This document shows positions 59,492 to 64,000 of a stretch of 64,000 bases of DNA, one piece after another. How positions within the stretch are numbered: position 1 is the first letter of the stretch; each line of letters begins with the position of its first letter. The stretch spans positions 248,001 to 312,000 of the forward strand of contig JBDOQK010000025.1 in assembly GCA_040437565.1 (NCBI GenBank). Direction: 5' to 3'. The notes beneath the pieces were generated by a model. The model saw nothing but the letters and a program-made list of their open reading frames with translations, searched no databases and was not told the origin of the DNA. The translations under genes were made by a program, and so were the position numbers. Source of the stretch: Albugo candida. Taxonomy: Eukaryota.

Positions 59492-61175
59492 TCACCAATC
59501 TTCTTGGTCCCGAGAACGCCAAATTGCATCTGCTACCTTGGCCACATCAATCATTTCCTGTGCATCATGTACGCGTATGAGGTCAGCTCTTCCCGCAATT
59601 GCGGCACAACACGCTGCAGCCGTTCCCCACGCTCGAGTCTTTGGCTCTGGGCGCCCACAGATCGTCCCCAGAAAGCCTTTGCGAGACGGTCCAACCTGGA
59701 TAGAAATCGTGGGTAACGTGATTCATATCGTATGCGCCATACCAGAAGCGGAAGGTCATTGCATGAAGCTTTCAACTCCGCGATTCGTTCGAGTATCTGA
59801 AGATTCAAAGCTTTGTCTTTCGCGAAACCGATTCCCGGATCAACAATGATATTCCATCCAAAGACTCCAGCACTTTCGGCAGCTTGAACTCGCTCCATCA
59901 AAAATGTCCCAACCTCCACAACAACGTCATCGTACTGCTTCATCGCTGAGCTGCTCATACTTTCCGGTGTGCCACGCATATGCATCAAAATCAGCTGCAG
60001 AAGCAACCAGACCCGCTGAGGTGGACCCGCTGACATACCAAGAGAATTGCTCAACGAACCGGAACTCGCAAAACTGCTACTGTCGCCAGCATTTGCTCAT
60101 CTTTCAATCCAGCGGATACATCATTGACGGCATTCGCGCCAGCTTGGACCGCCTCCAACGCGACTTGCGCCTTTGTCGTATCGATAGATATGGGGATCTG
60201 TGAGAATTCTCTAATTCTCCGTATCACTGGGACGACCTGAAGCACATGTATCATTCATTGAAAAGGTGAAAGAAAGGTATAGTCACTCTTTTCAATTCTT
60301 CCTCTGTCGAGATAGCTATAGCTCCGGGTCGTGTGGATTCCCCTCCAATGTCAATGATATCAATTCCCTCTTCCTCCATCGCTCGAGCTTTGTGCATGAT
60401 GACATCAATCTCCATTTCATTCCCATCGCTAAAGCTATCGGGCGTGACATTTAGAATTCCCATTACGTACGTCTTCCGTCCCAATTGCCACGGCCGTTCC
60501 TTTCGAATGGGAAGAATTGGTCTCGGAGACGCTTCCTCGGTCTTGAGCGCATCATACAGACTTTGCATCGAACTGTGGAGAAGAGGATGCTGGTACTCTG
60601 AAGCAGGCGGTAAGGAGGTAAAAGCAACTCGACATAGATCACAGTACCCGGAGCAACGTCACAAAATGGCGCCAAAACAAACGCGCGTTCTGCGATCCGT
60701 TCGTGTGGGATGACAAGCGGTCCTTCCTCAGTGTCTATTCTGATGATTTCGCCTCCATAGAATAGGATGTCGACGTCGATGACGCGAGGACCGTAACTGA
60801 ACGCAGCCGCAGAGTGAGAGGAGCGTACGATTGACGCGCTTTAGCTGTACCGAAATGTGGGATTACGTCCCACTTGCCGCTCAATCGATTTGCAGCAGAG
60901 CAATAGCTCGTTTGGCCGCATCGTTGTGGTCATTTTGACGACGAGATTGTAGAAAGAAGGCTGATTTTCGACATAACTTGGCTTTGTTTGATATAATTTT
61001 GATGTTTTTACGAGTTTTCCGACGTTTTTGACTAATAAAAGCAGTGCGTTTTCAATATTGTGCATCAACGATCCTATATGTATTGTTTCTAGCTCTTTTC
61101 ACCAAGAATTGACGCGTACAGAGAGATAAACGTACCGACATTAGTGCCCAGCGCCAAGAATACATCCTTGGACAT
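59492..61175 (-). CDS. Bifunctional HPPK-dihydropteroate synthase (FolK-FolP), multi-exon
   Basis: VFLALGTNVG, YGPRVIDVDILF, IPHERI (HPPK); MGILNVTPDSFSDG, IDIGGESTRPG, ISIDT, NDVSAG, DPGIGFAK, GPSRKGF, IRVHD (DHPS). Confidence 0.95.
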
Positions 61176-61217
61176 CCTAGATTACCTACGATTGTGTGCA
61201 CCACCTAATTTTGCTGG

Positions 61218-64000
61218 ATGGCTGACATGTCGATGCATTCGACCGAGCCGGATGGCTTCTCTTCATTAGTGCCAGCGCGTAAGCGTTCAAGACAGGAGCT
61301 CGGTGAAACACATACAGGTAGCCAACCACCCAATATTGATTATAGTCCATTCAATTCGACCCAAACTACAGCTGTAGAAGATTTTGTTGCATCCTACCGT
61401 GAGCAGAATTCCAGGCCTTTTCGTGTTCACACTCCATCACGCGTCTACCCCAATGCAATCACAGTTTCCTCAATGTTACATGCTTTATGCAACCACTACA
61501 AAGTGTGCTCCTTCCAGGAATTGCTGCAGAATCCCTCTGCGGACCCAATGCAACTGCAAGGCCTCCGTGAGATTCAGTGCATCAATGAGCGCTTATGGAC
61601 CTTTTGCGCTGTATATCAACAATCTCGTGGAATCCACACCTTGTATGAATGCTACCAAGCGTTCCTGATGCAGGAACAGATCGAGGATTTCTGTGATCTC
61701 GGCATTGGAAACTCCTTTCGGCTGACAGAGGCCGTCCAGGCTTGTTACGGGATGGCCCAAGATAGCTCCTCGGAGACGCTCAAGCTGCTTCCGCTGAAAA
61801 CATATGATGTTCTCCGACACCTTCGGGCATTTGACCAGCAGCTGCATTCAGAATCGCATCATTCATTCAATGAAATACGCACTGGTGTTCGTATCCATCG
61901 CGAAGACTTTCTCCGATATTTGACCCNNNNNNNNNNNNNNNNNNNNNNNNNNNNNNNNNNNNNNNNNNNNNNNNNNNNNNNNNNNNNNNNNNNNNNNNNN
62001 NNNNNNNNNNNNNNNNNNNNNNNNNNGCTCAAGCTGCTTCCGCTGAAAACATATGATGTTCTCCGACACCTTCGGGCATTTGACCAGCAGCTCCATTCAG
62101 AATCGCATCATTCATTCAATGAAATACGCACTGGTGTTCGTATCCATCGCGAAGACTTTCTCCGATATTTGACCCGCAAACTTTCGATGGAATTGCGCGC
62201 TCAGTATACTCTCACGCAACTTGGAGTCTTTATCAGTGCGTCGAGCTTTGGACAATACATTGGCTTACTGCGTCGCATCTCCTTTCAAGAAAAAAAAGAA
62301 CTGAAGGCGCTCGAAGCGGAATTTCAGAAAGGAGTCGCTGAAAGAGTATTCGAAATCACCAAAGAAAAATTCAGNNNNNNNNNNNNNNNNNNNNNNNNNN
62401 NNNNNNNNNNNNNNNNNNNNNNNNNNNNNNNNNNNNNNNNNNNNNNNNNNNNNNNNNNNNNNNNNNNNNNNNNNATTCATTCAATGAAATACGCACTGGT
62501 GTTCGTATCCATCGCGAAGACTTTCTCCGATATTTGACCCACAAACTTTCGATGGAATTGCGCGCTCAGTATACTCTCACACAACTTGGAGTCTTTATCA
62601 GTCCATCGAGCTTTGGACAATACATTGGTTTACTGCGTCGCATCTCCTTTCAAGAAAAAAAAGAACTGAAAATGCTCGAAGCGGAATTTCAGAAAGGAGT
62701 CGCTGAAAGAGTATTCGAAATCACCAAAGAAAAATTCAGCTCAGCAAATCGTCAACACGCAATCGCAGAATGCCTCAAGCTTCAGGAAAAGAGATGGAAG
62801 TCAGAACTCCATCAGAATAGCAGTAAAGGCTCCGAACGTAAGACTTCCAATACAACTTCCTCGTCTTTATCACTTGAAATACTTCGTCGTGTCACCAGTG
62901 TCGATGTGTATTTGGATCGTGAGCTACAACGCAAACTCCAGGCTCAAAGTGACACCTCTAAAGCATGTTGGTCGATATCTTCACACGCAATCGCGGAGCA
63001 AGATGCTAAAATCCGTAAAAGGCTCAAATCTTGCCTCGCCTGGACACAGAAAAGCTGTCAATACTCGCGAATCAAAGTCGTCACGTGGGTGGTCTCTGGT
63101 GTCATTGCAAAGATTTATGCTTTACTTAGGGACAGCGATAAAGTCTCAGCCTCGAAACTTGGCGCCAGTCCTGAGGAAAGCCAGAATATCAAGGAATCAG
63201 AAGATTTATCGGAGTTAGAAGAGTGCGCTTGCTGCTGTGTTGGAAGTGATTCTTGCACATGTTCTTGTGCCTGCGCTTGTCATCAAGACTCTAGTGACGA
63301 GGAAGGTCTGTGTGAGGTCACATCGGAGCCTGCTGTAGAAGAAGTTTGTCAGAAGGAGAGGCTCAAAAAAACAATTGTAAAGTTTCTTCAAGATTACAGG
63401 CAAGCCAACGCTTCCAATAACAACAAGCAAGCGACTCTGGGCGTTCAGTGGACCGTGGAGATGCTGTGTGCATTAGAAGAGCATCTCAAACTCGAAATGT
63501 CGACTTCGTTGGGCTCTATCTCGTGGCTAAATGCTGTCAGAGAGCTTCAACAAGACCAGCCTTTGCTTCTTTCTACAGAGAGCGAGTCGCCTTCTTCGAA
63601 GATATGTGTGCCTGCAAGCCAAATGTGCTCAATGAATGGCATCAACGACCGTGAATTAAGTCGATTCTTGCATCAGTATGTCATAAACCACGGACTCGAC
63701 GAATCGAATTGGAATGATCACCGAAAACGCATTTTCACTCGACTCCGCGAACACTTTGGACGTCAGCAATCGGAATTTGACGAGTCTTTCCAAGCGATTG
63801 TGTCGTCCAAAATACACGCTGTGATGGTCTCAGCACCTGCAGAAGCGGACGAACGCATCGTATACGCTTCAGCTTTGGACGTAGACCTTCGATCCGAATG
63901 TCCTGTGCCAGAAACTCTCTGTGAGAGAATCCTTGCACAACTCGTCACATGTCCGTTTCTAAGTCATGTGGAGCCTTATCTTCAATGGGAAGCCACGTAT
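61218..64000 (+). CDS. NO VEIN (NOV)-like large protein, N-terminal part; appears to run off the window
   Basis: INERLWTFCAVYQQSRGIHTLYECYQAFLMQEQIEDFCDLGIGN resembles the plant NO VEIN N-terminal block (AFIHCFV..R.ITTLYDLE...FE.L.LGP). The frame is interrupted by two gap-associated duplications. Confidence 0.6.

Noticed and set aside
59301-59849. 182-aa plus-strand ORF and many similar short ORFs inside called genes
   Set aside because: Antisense or out-of-frame shadows of well-supported genes.
59492-61175. HPPK-DHPS fusion as a novelty or a bacterial contaminant
   Set aside because: The fusion is normal in plants and protists, and the gene has spliceosomal introns.
61779-62174. Repeat around the gap at 61927-62026 suggesting a repeat protein
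   Set aside because: Gap-flanking overlap with one synonymous difference; not a real tandem domain.

Overview
Eukaryotic draft-assembly DNA with short GT-AG introns and nine 100-N scaffold gaps, most likely from an Albugo-type oomycete (white rust). This is inferred from a secreted CCG-class effector, oomycete INR+FPR-like promoter motifs and very tight gene packing. The window splits sharply in two. About 1-27.6 kb is gene-sparse: one intact CCG effector built of five Cys modules, several decayed CCG-like relics, a kinase pseudogene, a chromodomain Ty3/gypsy element, a degenerate Ty1/copia element with an IS630/Tc1/mariner transposon inserted 2 bp from the end of its 3' LTR, a second truncated member of that transposon family, and a ~240-bp-arm inverted repeat. 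About 27.6-64 kb is gene-dense: S10 serine carboxypeptidase, an atypical TK-like kinase, eIF3j, GH5, a secreted protein resembling a dead nucleoside hydrolase, a GT48 glucan synthase fused to a sugar-porter MFS domain, a DIX-like/auxilin J-domain protein, a K+ channel, Med13, a DHHC palmitoyltransferase, RPN7, HPPK-DHPS and a NO VEIN-like protein. All calls were made by eye from motifs, with no database searches. Exon boundaries are approximate unless stated.
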